The position numbers and the translations under genes are program-made. 64,000 nucleotides of DNA from Desulfomicrobium sp. GTDB taxonomy: Bacteria; Desulfobacterota; Desulfovibrionia; Desulfovibrionales; Desulfomicrobiaceae. The stretch covers positions 96,001-160,000 of the forward strand of contig JAXGMI010000002.1 of assembly GCA_040768745.1 (NCBI GenBank). Reading direction: 5' to 3'. This document shows positions 28,649 to 38,335 of this stretch, one piece after another. How positions within the stretch are numbered: position 1 is the first letter of the stretch; each line of letters starts with the position of its first letter. The notes beneath the pieces are model-generated. The model had not been told where the DNA came from. It ran no database searches and was given only the letters and a program-made list of their open reading frames with translations.

Positions 28649-30524
28649 CCCAAGTTTGACAGCGGCCTGAGGCTAACACCTCGAAGTTATGACTTATATT
28701 GTTTTTTAATGCCCAATTTGTAGTACGTACAAAATAGACATAAACATTGCTATTCATGAATAATAATGCTACTCGTAGTTTATGTTTGTACGAATAGCCA
28801 AGCAGAAACGAGGCGACAAAGTCTACCGCCATCTTCAGATCGCGGAATCTTTCCGTGATCCCGAGAAAGGCGGATCTCCGCGCACACGCATCCTGGCTCA
28901 TCTCGGCACTATCGAGAGTTTGGGCGAAGACCAGGTCGAGAGACTCATCGCTGGCTTCCAGAAAGCTCTCGGTCGAGACCCGGTTCAGACTGGACCGCCG
29001 CTCCTCACGTTTGCACGTGATTTCGGACATGTTCACGCGGTCAAACATCTCTGGGAAATCCTGGGACTCTCCAAAGCCCTGGCCCGTGCAGGAGTAAAGA
29101 CCGGGGCCGGGATGGATTATGCTGAACTGATCAAGTTGCTGATCGTCAATCGACTCTGCGATCCGTGCTCCAAACTGGCGCTACTGGATTGGCTCGATGG
29201 CGTCTGGCTTTCTGGATTTGAGCAACACCGCCCGGCCTATCACCATCTCCTGCGCGCCATGGATAGATTGCTGGATGCGAAGGAAGCTTTGGAGCCCTTG
29301 ATAGCCAAGCGCTTCATGCCCAAGGCGCATTGGGAAGGCGACCTGCTCTTCTATGACATCACTTCCACATGGTTCGACGGGGATCGATCGTTGGTGGAGG
29401 ATGACATTCGGCGCTTCGGATACAGTCGCGATGGCCGGTTTGATCGGCGCCAAATCACCATCGGCGTGGTCATGGGCAAGGACGGCATACCGCTTTGCCA
29501 CCATGTCTTTCCGGGGAACACCGTGGATAAGACCACTGTGGTTGAGGTGGTGAAGGATCTGAAGACTCGCTTCAAGCTACGCAGCGTGGTGTTTGTCGGG
29601 GACAGGGGAATGCTCTCGGACCAAAATCTCGAGACGTTGCTGGCCGAGGAATTCGGCTTCATCGTGGCGCATCCATTGCGTCGTGGAGAGGAGGCGCGGA
29701 GCGTGATCGAGGCGTTGCGTCTTAAGATCTCGTTTAATGGGCAGGACGAGGAGATTGTCGAGGAAGTTCGCAGCGGGGTCCGGTTCGTTATGGCCTATTC
29801 TCCGAAGATCGCAGCCGAAACCAAGGCGAACCGCCAGGAGCGCCTTGCCAAGGCCGATGCCAAGATCCGGGAAATACTCGCCCCAAGGTCAGGCAAGGGA
29901 CGCAAACCAAGCCCACAGGGTCAATACGACCGCATCAGGGATTACCTGCGTGACAAGGGCTTGCTCTCATTGTTCCAAGTTGCGCTCACTCAGGATCAGG
30001 TCATCGTCAAGGCCCACAGGAAACGCAGGGCTTGGGAGGAAAAGATCGATGGCGTCTTGCTTCTCGAAACAACCGACATGGATGCACCATGCGCAGACAT
30101 TATCAAACATTACAAAGAGCTTGCTGAAATTGAACGGGGATGGAGAGCGCTCAAAAGCACCTTGGAACTACGCCCTGTGTATCACTGGACTGAGGAGCGA
30201 ATCAGGGCACATGTGTTTGTCTGCGTGATCGCATTGCAGTTAGAGCGCTGGATGCGCAACAAGCTCAAAGGAATGGCAGTGTCTGTGCCGACAGCCATCC
30301 GCCTTCTGCGTCAGATCAAGATGGGGGAGATCATGGTCGGAGAGGAGACGCTGATGACTCCTAGTCGCCCCACGGACGCGCAGAAAAAGATCCTGCGTGC
30401 TCTGGGAGTCCCGCCGATCCCGACCCGTGGAGAAAAAGGAAATGTAGTGTAAACTCCAACTAGCGCCGAAGCGATAATATCCTAATTTTAAACAAATAAG
30501 CTCGATATTGCTGTCAAACTTGGG
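28649..30524 (+). mobile_element. IS1634-family insertion sequence
   Basis: Perfect 15-bp terminal IRs CCCAAGTTTGACAGC (28649-28663, 30510-30524); flanks CGGCC / CGGCA. Confidence 0.92.
28782..30452 (+). CDS. IS1634-family DDE transposase
   Basis: YDITSTWFDG, GYSRD, VGDRGM, IERGWR.LK..L.LRPVYHW.EERIRAHVFVC. Confidence 0.92.
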   Translation: MFVRIAKQKRGDKVYRHLQIAESFRDPEKGGSPRTRILAHLGTIESLGEDQVERLIAGFQKALGRDPVQTGPPLLTFARDFGHVHAVKHLWEILGLSKALARAGVKTGAGMDYAELIKLLIVNRLCDPCSKLALLDWLDGVWLSGFEQHRPAYHHLLRAMDRLLDAKEALEPLIAKRFMPKAHWEGDLLFYDITSTWFDGDRSLVEDDIRRFGYSRDGRFDRRQITIGVVMGKDGIPLCHHVFPGNTVDKTTVVEVVKDLKTRFKLRSVVFVGDRGMLSDQNLETLLAEEFGFIVAHPLRRGEEARSVIEALRLKISFNGQDEEIVEEVRSGVRFVMAYSPKIAAETKANRQERLAKADAKIREILAPRSGKGRKPSPQGQYDRIRDYLRDKGLLSLFQVALTQDQVIVKAHRKRRAWEEKIDGVLLLETTDMDAPCADIIKHYKELAEIERGWRALKSTLELRPVYHWTEERIRAHVFVCVIALQLERWMRNKLKGMAVSVPTAIRLLRQIKMGEIMVGEETLMTPSRPTDAQKKILRALGVPPIPTRGEKGNVV

Positions 30525-30690
30525 CGGCACGCATCACAGCCATCGGCTACGGCGAATCACGCCCAGTGGCCAGCAACGATACCCCGGAAGGCCGTCAGAT
30601 GAATCGCCGCGTGGAAATCCGCGTCAACCCGAACGCACAGCAGCCCCAGACTGCGCCGGCGCAATAAGGCCCTTTGCTTTTGAAAGCAAA

Positions 30691-30719
30691 AAAGGCAGGG
30701 TCCAGTGACTCTGCCTTTG
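30691..30719. terminator. Probable bidirectional terminator between ompA and the PEP-CTERM gene
   Basis: AAAGGCAGGGTC-cagt-GACTCTGCCTTT with flanking A/T runs. Confidence 0.65.
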
Positions 30720-31449
30720 TCGTCTGATGATGGGAGTGGTTACTGGCGTTTTGTTCGAGCAACGCCCAATAAACCCAACAGCCCCGCTGCAACAAGCACC
30801 ATGGTTCCGGGTTCGGGAACAACCTGCCCATTTCCGTTTCCAGAATATGAAGTTGTTACGTAATCAACATAATTTTGTGTCCCTGACACAAGAGGAGTCC
30901 CATTTACAGTAATATTGACAAACAATTGATTGACGAGGTGACCAGATGTTACATTTACAGTAGCTAAGGTCCAAAGAGGTAAATATGCACCAGCTATTGG
31001 ATCTCCAGATAAAGGAAAGTAAGAGCCAAAATAAAAACTAGAATCTCCATCAATCGTATAACCAACCCTGCCATAAACATCTATCGAATCTGGGATTCCA
31101 GTTTCCAAGTCTGCAATGATAAAATAGGCAGAAATGCTATCCATTGCTTGTGGAGTAAATATGGGTGATGCAAAACTTGAAATTGAATCACCTGATCCAA
31201 TTCCTTGTAGTGCTCCTTTATTGTCTTCTAAAGGATCAAAAGGGCCAGTTACTGGTGGACGACCAGTTCGTTGATCTCCAGAATAATTAACACCATCATA
31301 CCAAGTTGCAGCCGTTTCTCCAGAACCTGTATTAAAAACTACAGTCCATCCCTCATTAGTTCCAGAATTAAAATCGTATGTTAGAGAATAGGCTTGACTT
31401 TTTATAGAACTGTATCGGTCTACGGTTTTTTGGACACGTTTTTGGTTAA

Positions 31450-32337
31450 TCAAGCCGCAACGTTCGGCCTCTTTCTGGATGGCCCGCACCGCTGCCGGAG
31501 TCTTGTAGCCGTGGCGTCCAATGATCCATTCCCGGTTGTACGTCTCCTTGAACTCCAAGAGGGCAAGTCGGAGTTCCTCGACCGTATCGAACCGCCGGAC
31601 CCAGAGCAGGTTTTCCTTGAGCGTGCGCACGAACCTCTCGGCGATGCCGTTGCCTTGGGGTTCTCTGACGAAAGCAGGCGAACTCCGGATGCCCAGGAAG
31701 GAAACCTCCTCTTGAAACACACTGGAAACGTACTGGCTACCATTGTCATGTCGCAGGGTCAGGCCCTCTGCCACGGCGGGTCCAAAGGCTCCAAAGCTGT
31801 GGCGCACACCTTGGCGAATCGGCTCCAGGGCTTCAAAGCGCGTCCCGTACTTAGCGGCGTGGATGCCGACACACTCCAGAGAGCAGTGGTCCACGGCCAG
31901 GAAGATCGAAGCGTTGCCTTCCTGCATGGTCATCGTCGTGGTCATGTCCGTGCCCCACATCTCGTCCACCCGGGCAGTCTTGATCGTCCCGTCATGCGCC
32001 TTGGGGCCATGCGGCCTGCCGGGCTTGCGCACTGCGAGCAGGTTGTTCTCTCTCATGATCCGAAGCGTTCGCAGGGGGACGTTCTGATGCCCTCAAAACG
32101 CAACCTGGCCCACACTTTCCGATAGCCTTCACCAGTAAAAGGGGAGTTCTGGATGCATGCCACGATGTGCCCGAACAACTCCCCATCACTGTGGAAGCCA
32201 ATAGGGCCTCGGCGGCTTGGTGTGCCCTCATTCGCAACCTTGCGTGCATAATGCGTGGACCTGGGGAGATTCCAGACCCGGCAAACCAGCACCAGCCCAT
32301 ACGTCTGACCAGTGGAGGGCGAGGTGGACCGGCTCAT
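31450..32337 (-). pseudogene. IS OrfB (rve integrase core), frameshifted
   Basis: GEGYRKVWARLR, then a shift at the G5 run 32074-32078 into RTLRIMRE..WGTD..RHDNGSQY..GNGIAERFVRTLKE. Confidence 0.85.
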
Positions 32338-32723
32338 TTCCTCGACCTCCGCAACCCCAAAGGGTCTTTTGCCTCCATCATTCGGATCTTCTCGCGGAGC
32401 AGTTCTATCTCCATGGTCTGCTCGCCGATTTTCTCATTGAGGCGCTTGTATTCGGCCTCCTCCGCCGGAGAGCGTTTTTTGAGACTATCCGCGCCACCGG
32501 CCAGAAAGGCATCTCTCCATTGTGAGAGCGTGGCAGCCGTCACGCCGAGTTCCCGACTGAGCGTTTCGATGTCTTCACCACGCAGAAGCCGGAGGACGGC
32601 CTCGGTCTTGTGCTGTGCCCAGAATCGCTTGGGAGTTGCCTTCGTCTCCCCGGTTCCAGTCGGCCTACGGCCTCCCTCCACCGGGGAGACGGCTGAAATA
32701 TCCTTGTCGCTTTGTTTGCTCAT
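32334..32723 (-). CDS. IS OrfA (HTH and coiled coil)
   Basis: K.EAVLRLLRGE....LSRELGV....LSQWRDAFL; KIGEQTMEIELLREK; ATGA overlap with OrfB. Confidence 0.88.
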   Translation of the reverse strand: MSKQSDKDISAVSPVEGGRRPTGTGETKATPKRFWAQHKTEAVLRLLRGEDIETLSRELGVTAATLSQWRDAFLAGGADSLKKRSPAEEAEYKRLNEKIGEQTMEIELLREKIRMMEAKDPLGLRRSRK

Positions 32724-33046
32724 GAATCACCTCATGGGGAGTCTCTCTACTCCCAATTTGGTGTCCAAGAAAACCCTATCCCAGAGGAAAGAACATAAAA
32801 AAAAGCTGTGATTGTAAGTGTAAATTTACAAAATAAAATATGATTGACTTGATACATTGATTTTTTTTTGCAGAACATAAAACCTCCAAAATTATAAGTT
32901 ATAAAAACAATTTTATTTGCTAGATTTTGGGTTATCAGTAGATGCATCCCAATCTTGGAGTTACATCTAGCCTATAGAAAAAAATGCGAGCGACAAGCCC
33001 CAGTTCTCGGGGAAATCGAAATTTCGATATTGTCCTCTAAAAATTT

Positions 33047-33063
33047 TGCATAATTTGTTCCAA
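33047..33063 (-). promoter_or_regulatory. Sigma-54 (-24/-12) promoter of the PEP-CTERM gene
   Basis: Minus strand TTGGAACAAATTATGCA, GG-N10-GC spacing. Confidence 0.65.
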
Positions 33064-33123
33064 TAATTTTAGTATATTATTCTAAGTTGTTAAATGGGTT
33101 TGTGGATTAGCTGTGATTGTAAG

Positions 33124-33140
33124 TGTAAATTTTTCCGACA
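33124..33140. promoter_or_regulatory. PEP-CTERM-box-like enhancer 1
   Basis: TGTAAATTTTTCCGACA (TGT-N11-ACA), about 60 bp upstream of the sigma-54 site. Confidence 0.7.
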
Positions 33141-33299
33141 AGCTGAGTTGGATGGAGAACTCGCCTTCAAATAGACGTTGAGACCTTTTTTCTTGTGAAA
33201 GCTCAATTTCGATTTAAATAAATTAGATTCAAAATTGAAATCAGATAATTGCAGAAAATTAAAAAATTTTAAATTTGTCGGGCAGGTCATGTTTGGAAG

Positions 33300-33316
33300 T
33301 GTAAACTTTTCCGACA
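33300..33316. promoter_or_regulatory. PEP-CTERM-box-like enhancer 2
   Basis: TGTAAACTTTTCCGACA, 16/17 identical to box 1. Confidence 0.65.
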
Positions 33317-33650
33317 CGTTTTCGAATATTATTCCATTTTGGAATGGCGAGATGCTTTAAGCTCGAATAAACGTCGAATAAAATTGGCTATAAAAAACAT
33401 AGGTCATGGTTAGAACAGCGGATACATGCTGCGGAAGGGCTCACGGCAAGGTGGGGCTGCTGCCAAAGACCAGGGGCATGATGGAAGAGGTGGCGCCAGA
33501 GCGTGGGCGCAGCGGCAGGAGAGTCGCCGGCAGACGGTTTGGGAGTCCTTCCACCGGGCATGCAGCGCACCTTCAGCTGAAAAAGCGATACTGCAGTCCA
33601 TTCCCGGCGGTCCCGGCGTGGGCAGCCTTGTTGCTGCCCCGGTCAGGGAT

Positions 33651-35057
33651 TCAGAGCGAACACGTTCCAGGCTGGGTCATGCACAGCGCCGCATGCAGGG
33701 ATATCTGGGCCTGGGCGAACTGTTCCCGCTCAACCACGAATTGCATGTTGGTCTGCCTCGCGGTCTGGGACACGGCCAGGATGTTGATGTTGTCCCTGGC
33801 CAGGGCTCCGGCGGCCTTGGCCAGGATGCCGGGCTGGGCGATGTTGGAGCCGATGGCGCAGACAATGGCCACCTTGCGCAGGGTGATATGCTCGAATCTG
33901 TCGTGCAGCTCCGCGACCAGCGCATCTGTGCAGTCCCGATCGTTGATGATCATGCCGATGGTGTTGGCGTTGGTGGACTTGCTGATATAGGAAATCTGGT
34001 GTTTGGCCAAAATCTGCATGATGCGCAGATCGAATCCGACTTCACCGACCATGCGCGTGTCATGGACTTCCAGGCTGGTGACCTTGTCGGAACCGGTCAC
34101 AATCTCGACCATGGATTGCGGGGCGATGAAATCCTTGCTGATGAGGGTGCCGCCATGATCCGGGTCAAAGGCATTTTTGACCCGAATGGGAATATTGTTG
34201 ATTTCCAGCGGTTTGGATGCCTTGGGATGAATGGCCTCCATGCCCACGTCGGCCAGCTGGTCGGCCACGTCGAAGTTGGTGTTGCACAGGGGGTGGATGT
34301 TGTTTTCGCCAATGAGAACCGGATCGCCTGAACAGAGGTGGTATTCCTTGTGGATGATGGCCTCCTTGGCGCCCAGCAGCACCGCGACCTTGGAAAAGGT
34401 CACTTCCGAATAGCCCCGGTCGAATTCGCGCATGATGCCTTCGGTGCCCTTGGTGTAACCTGTGGCGAAACAGATGGTGGAAAACGGGTCTATCCCCTGG
34501 AAGCTGTCCTTGATGCGTTCGTCGATGGTCAACTGCCGGCTGTCTTCCCATCCGCTCAAGTCCACGAACGTGGCGTTGTATCCCCTGTTGCCCAGAATGT
34601 TGGCGGAATTGAACGCGCTGTGCATTTCACCCAGGGAGGCGAGCAGCTCACGCGCGGCCAGCAGCAACGCCTTGCGTGAGATGTAGCCAGAGGCCAGGAC
34701 GTTTTCCATGCTGCGCAGGATATTGATGGACTGGTCGATGTGGTCGCCGATGAAGTCATTGGCCTCGTCCAGGTTCAATCCGGCCGCCACAAAAGTCTGG
34801 TTCAGTTCGAAAAGGTGGTCGCGCAGGGTCAGCATCTTCCTGGCATAGTTTTCCTGGCTCCGAAAAAGCTGGTATATGCCTGGCTGACCTGTTTTCTTGT
34901 GTTCCAGAAGTTCGTTGGTGATCCCGCCATATGCGGAAACCACGTAAATGCGGCCATACACGTCATCCGGGCTCCGCAGGATGACGTTGTCGATGATTTC
35001 CGGGAACCGTGACATGGATGTCCCGCCGATCTTTTCGATTCTCAGAAAACCTTTCAT
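33651..35057 (-). CDS. Aspartate kinase (Ask_ect-like clade)
   Basis: EKIGGTSMS, VVSAYGGITN.LLEHKK, FDRGYSE, ADQLAD.GMEAIHP, two ACT domains; ATG 35057. Confidence 0.9.
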   Translation of the reverse strand: MKGFLRIEKIGGTSMSRFPEIIDNVILRSPDDVYGRIYVVSAYGGITNELLEHKKTGQPGIYQLFRSQENYARKMLTLRDHLFELNQTFVAAGLNLDEANDFIGDHIDQSINILRSMENVLASGYISRKALLLAARELLASLGEMHSAFNSANILGNRGYNATFVDLSGWEDSRQLTIDERIKDSFQGIDPFSTICFATGYTKGTEGIMREFDRGYSEVTFSKVAVLLGAKEAIIHKEYHLCSGDPVLIGENNIHPLCNTNFDVADQLADVGMEAIHPKASKPLEINNIPIRVKNAFDPDHGGTLISKDFIAPQSMVEIVTGSDKVTSLEVHDTRMVGEVGFDLRIMQILAKHQISYISKSTNANTIGMIINDRDCTDALVAELHDRFEHITLRKVAIVCAIGSNIAQPGILAKAAGALARDNINILAVSQTARQTNMQFVVEREQFAQAQISLHAALCMTQPGTCSL

Positions 35058-35277
35058 GAGCAATCCCGATGTTCTTGAAGTTTGCCGAACGGTTACTGCG
35101 GCATATGCATATCGGCCTAGTTTTTTAGGCGATAGGTCCGAAGAAGGTGCAGCGTCAATACGTGATGAACCGGAAAATCGATTTCCATTGCCTGGTTTGG
35201 CATTGGGGCTGGCCGGTTTGACGGTCCGGACGGGTGCAGCTAGAAGGGCGAAAAACAGGCAGTTCGGCAGGTTCAGC

Positions 35278-37086
35278 ATGAAGCATCTTCTTCTTTTTCT
35301 TTTTTTTCTGTCCGCAGTTCAGCCCGCCCTGGCCGGTGGCGTGCACGCCCTGGCCATGAACGGCCAGCCCAAGTACGGCCCGGGTTTCACCCACTTCGAT
35401 TATGCAAACCCCGACGCCCCCAAGGGCGGGACCGTGCGCCTGGCGGCCACGGGCACCTTCGACAGCTTCAACCCCTTCATCGTCAAGGGCAATTCCGCCG
35501 ATGGCCTGGGTCTCCTGTTCGACACCTTGACCGAACAGTCCCTGGACGAGCCTTTCACGGAGTACGGGCTTCTGGCCGAGCGCATCGAACTGGCCCCGGA
35601 CCGGTCCTTCCTGACCTTCCAACTGCGCAAGGAGGCCCGTTTCCACGACGGCAGCCCCGTCAAGGCCGCCGACGTGGCCTTCACCTTCAGAACCCTGGTG
35701 GAGCAGGGCAACCCGCACTATGCCCAGTACTATGCCGACGTGGAGCGGGTCGAGACCAGCGGGCCCCTGACCGTGACCTTCTTTTTCAAGCCCCGGGCCA
35801 GCCAGGAGCTGCCCCTCATCCTCGGCCAACTGCCCGTCCTCCCGGAGAAATTCTGGCAGGGCCGGGATTTTTCCGTCTCGTCCCTGGACGTGCCCCTGGG
35901 CAGCGGGCCATACCGCATCGGGGAGTTCAAGGCTGGCCAGCGTCTGACCTTCGTGCGCGACCCAGGCTATTGGGGCCGCGACCTGCCCGTGAACAGGGGT
36001 CGGCACAACTTCGACACCATCGTCTACGACTACTACCGCGACCTGACGGTCACCTTGGAGGCCTTCAAGGCCGGGGAGTACGACTTCCGCCAGGAATACA
36101 ACTCCAAGCAATGGGCCACGGGCTATACTGGGCCGGCCGTGGAGCGGGGGCTGATCCGCACCGAGAACATCCCGCACAAGCTGTCCCAGGGCATGCAGTG
36201 CTTCGCCTTCAACACGCGTCGCGCCACCTTTTCTGACCCCCTGGTGCGCCGGGCCCTGAACCACGCCTTCGATTTCGAGTGGAGCAACAAGAACCTCTTC
36301 TACGGCCAGTACGCGCGCTCCACGAGCTTCTTCTCCAATTCCGACATGGCCTCTTCCGGCGCGCCGACGCCCGAAGAGAAGACCATCCTTGAATCCCTGG
36401 GCCTGCCCGCAGAGGTTTCCACACAGGCTTTCAGCCTGCCCGCCACCGACGGCAGCGGCAACATCCGCGACAACCTGCGCATTGCCGCGGAACTGCTCCG
36501 GCAGGCGGGTTGGGTCGTGCAGAGCGGGAAGCTCACGAAGGACGGGCAGCCCTTTGTCTTCGAGATGCTTCTGGTGCAGCCGGACTTCGAGCGCGTGGTC
36601 CTGCCCTTCCAGCGTAACCTGGCGCGCCTGGGCATCACCATGAGCGTGCGCATGGTCGACACGTCGCAATATCTGGAACGCCTGCGGGGCTTCGACTTCG
36701 ACATGATCGTGACCAGCTTCCCCCAGTCCCTGTCCCCGGGCAACGAGCAGCGCTCCTTCTGGCACTCGGCCTCGGCCGACATGCCCGGATCGCGCAACTA
36801 CTGCGGCATCAAGAATCCGGCCATAGACCGGCTTGTGGATCTGGTCATCGCCGCCCCGGACCGCGAGAGGCTGATTTTGCGCTGCAAAGCCCTGGACCGG
36901 GCCCTGCTGTGGGGCTGGTATGTCATCCCCCACTGGCACTCCACGTCCTGGCGCGTGGCCTACTGGGACAAGTTTGGGCTGCCGGGAAAGCTGGCCGACT
37001 ACGGGCTCGATTTCCAGTCCTGGTGGGTCGACCCGCAGAAGGAGAGGGAACTGGAGGGGAAAAGGAAGGGCGCGGGGCTGAAGTAG
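35278..37086 (+). CDS. yejA: ABC transporter peptide-binding protein (YejA-like)
   Basis: Signal peptide; [48 protein letters not shown]. Confidence 0.88.
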   Translation: MKHLLLFLFFLSAVQPALAGGVHALAMNGQPKYGPGFTHFDYANPDAPKGGTVRLAATGTFDSFNPFIVKGNSADGLGLLFDTLTEQSLDEPFTEYGLLAERIELAPDRSFLTFQLRKEARFHDGSPVKAADVAFTFRTLVEQGNPHYAQYYADVERVETSGPLTVTFFFKPRASQELPLILGQLPVLPEKFWQGRDFSVSSLDVPLGSGPYRIGEFKAGQRLTFVRDPGYWGRDLPVNRGRHNFDTIVYDYYRDLTVTLEAFKAGEYDFRQEYNSKQWATGYTGPAVERGLIRTENIPHKLSQGMQCFAFNTRRATFSDPLVRRALNHAFDFEWSNKNLFYGQYARSTSFFSNSDMASSGAPTPEEKTILESLGLPAEVSTQAFSLPATDGSGNIRDNLRIAAELLRQAGWVVQSGKLTKDGQPFVFEMLLVQPDFERVVLPFQRNLARLGITMSVRMVDTSQYLERLRGFDFDMIVTSFPQSLSPGNEQRSFWHSASADMPGSRNYCGIKNPAIDRLVDLVIAAPDRERLILRCKALDRALLWGWYVIPHWHSTSWRVAYWDKFGLPGKLADYGLDFQSWWVDPQKERELEGKRKGAGLK

Positions 37087-37116
37087 TCATGGCTTTCAAA
37101 CCATGGAATGTAAGGC

Positions 37117-37188
37117 ATGGATTGCCACGCTTCGCTCGCAATGGCTTACGTGCGCTTGCGTCATTGCGAGCGAAGCGTGGCAATCCAT
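37117..37188. repeat. REP/RPE-like inverted repeat
   Basis: Perfect 27-bp arms ATGGATTGCCACGCTTCGCTCGCAATG (37117-37143 and 37162-37188). Confidence 0.85.
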
Positions 37189-37231
37189 CTTCAACCCCCA
37201 ACCTCGCACCCTGCGGTTTCACAACGAAATA

Positions 37232-38335
37232 ATGCTCGCCTACATACTGCGCCGTCTGGCCCTCATCCTCCCGACCCTGCTGGGCATCCTGACGCTCAAT
37301 TTCTTCATCATCCAGGCCGCGCCTGGCGGACCCGTGGAGCAGATGCTCGCGCGCCTGCAGGGCCTCGACGTGGCGGCCGCGGCCCGCGTCAGCGGTCCCG
37401 GCGGCGACGCGGCCGGGGGGTCACAGGCAGCCCAGGCGTCCTCCCGGTCGGCCTACCGTGGGGCCCAGGGCCTGGATCCCGATGTGGTGGCCCGCATCGA
37501 GCGCATGTACGGGTTCGACAAGCCGGTCTGGGAGCGCTATGTGCAGATGCTCGTCAATTACGCCACCTTTGACCTGGGCGAGAGCTTTTTCCGCAGCAAG
37601 GGGGTCCTCACGCTAATCGGCGAGAAGATCCCCGTTTCCCTGTCACTGGGTCTGTGGAGCACCCTCATCATCTACGCCCTGTCCATTCCGCTGGGGATCA
37701 TGAAGGCCGTGCGCCACGGTTCACGCTTCGACGTGTGGACCAGCACGGTCATGATTGTCGGCAACGCCGTCCCTGTCTTCCTCTTCGCCATCCTGCTCGT
37801 GGTGCTGTTCGCGGGTGGGAGCTACCTCGACTGGTTCCCCCTGCGCGGCCTGACCTCGCCGGGCTGGGAGGAATTCAGCCTGTGGCACAAGGTCACGGAC
37901 TACTTCTGGCACCTGGCCCTGCCCGTGACGGCCATGGTCATCGGAGGCTTCGCCACCCTGACCATGCTGACCAAGAACTCCTTCCTGGACGAGATCGGCA
38001 AACAATACGTGGTCACGGCCCGGGCCAAGGGCGTGACCGAGCGCGGCATCCTCTACGGCCACGTCTTCCGCAACGCCATGCTGCTGGTCATCGCCGGGTT
38101 TCCGGCGGCCTTCATCTCCATGTTCTTCACGGGGTCGCTCTTGATCGAGGTCATCTTCTCCCTGGACGGACTGGGCCTCCTGGGCTTCGAGGCGACCATC
38201 AGCCGCGACTACCCGGTCATGTTCGGGTCCCTCTACATCTTCACCCTCATGGGCCTGGTCACCAAGCTCATCTCGGATCTGACCTACGTGCTGGTGGACC
38301 CGCGCATCGACTTCGAAGGCAGGGAGGGCCGATGA
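37232..38335 (+). CDS. yejB: ABC transporter permease (YejB-like)
   Basis: [40 protein letters not shown]. Confidence 0.9.
   Translation: MLAYILRRLALILPTLLGILTLNFFIIQAAPGGPVEQMLARLQGLDVAAAARVSGPGGDAAGGSQAAQASSRSAYRGAQGLDPDVVARIERMYGFDKPVWERYVQMLVNYATFDLGESFFRSKGVLTLIGEKIPVSLSLGLWSTLIIYALSIPLGIMKAVRHGSRFDVWTSTVMIVGNAVPVFLFAILLVVLFAGGSYLDWFPLRGLTSPGWEEFSLWHKVTDYFWHLALPVTAMVIGGFATLTMLTKNSFLDEIGKQYVVTARAKGVTERGILYGHVFRNAMLLVIAGFPAAFISMFFTGSLLIEVIFSLDGLGLLGFEATISRDYPVMFGSLYIFTLMGLVTKLISDLTYVLVDPRIDFEGREGR

Larger units (their letters stand above)
28238..30667 (+). pseudogene. OmpA-family protein interrupted by IS1634 and apparently 5'-truncated
   Basis: Gly-zipper remnant and EGHTDSTG..YN..LSERRA before the [33 protein letters not shown]..stop (30527-30667) after it; no signal peptide. 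Confidence 0.9.
31411..32789 (-). mobile_element. IS3/IS481-like insertion sequence
   Basis: Imperfect IRs sharing GGTTTT(C)TTGGACAC; AGAAC direct repeat at 31406-31410 and 32790-32794; abrupt GC change; right boundary uncertain by a few bp. Confidence 0.82.
30740..32878 (-). pseudogene. PEP-CTERM sorting-domain protein split by an IS
   Basis: C-terminus VPEPGTMVLVAAGLLGLLGVARTKRQ; low-GC body 30740-31410; GGAGG RBS, ATG 32878 and signal-peptide-like N-terminus on the other side of the IS. Confidence 0.85.

Noticed and set aside
32985..33000. Second GG-N10-GC sigma-54-like site on the minus strand
   Set aside because: Weaker match than 33047-33063 (no TGG, TCGC at -12); not excluded, but unsupported.
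32804..33316. Repeats considered as a CRISPR array
   Set aside because: Only two or three partial copies with irregular spacing and no cas genes.
33388..33650. Possible lysine riboswitch or small gene near the aspartate kinase
   Set aside because: Lies downstream of the gene, not in its leader; no riboswitch consensus or credible ORF.
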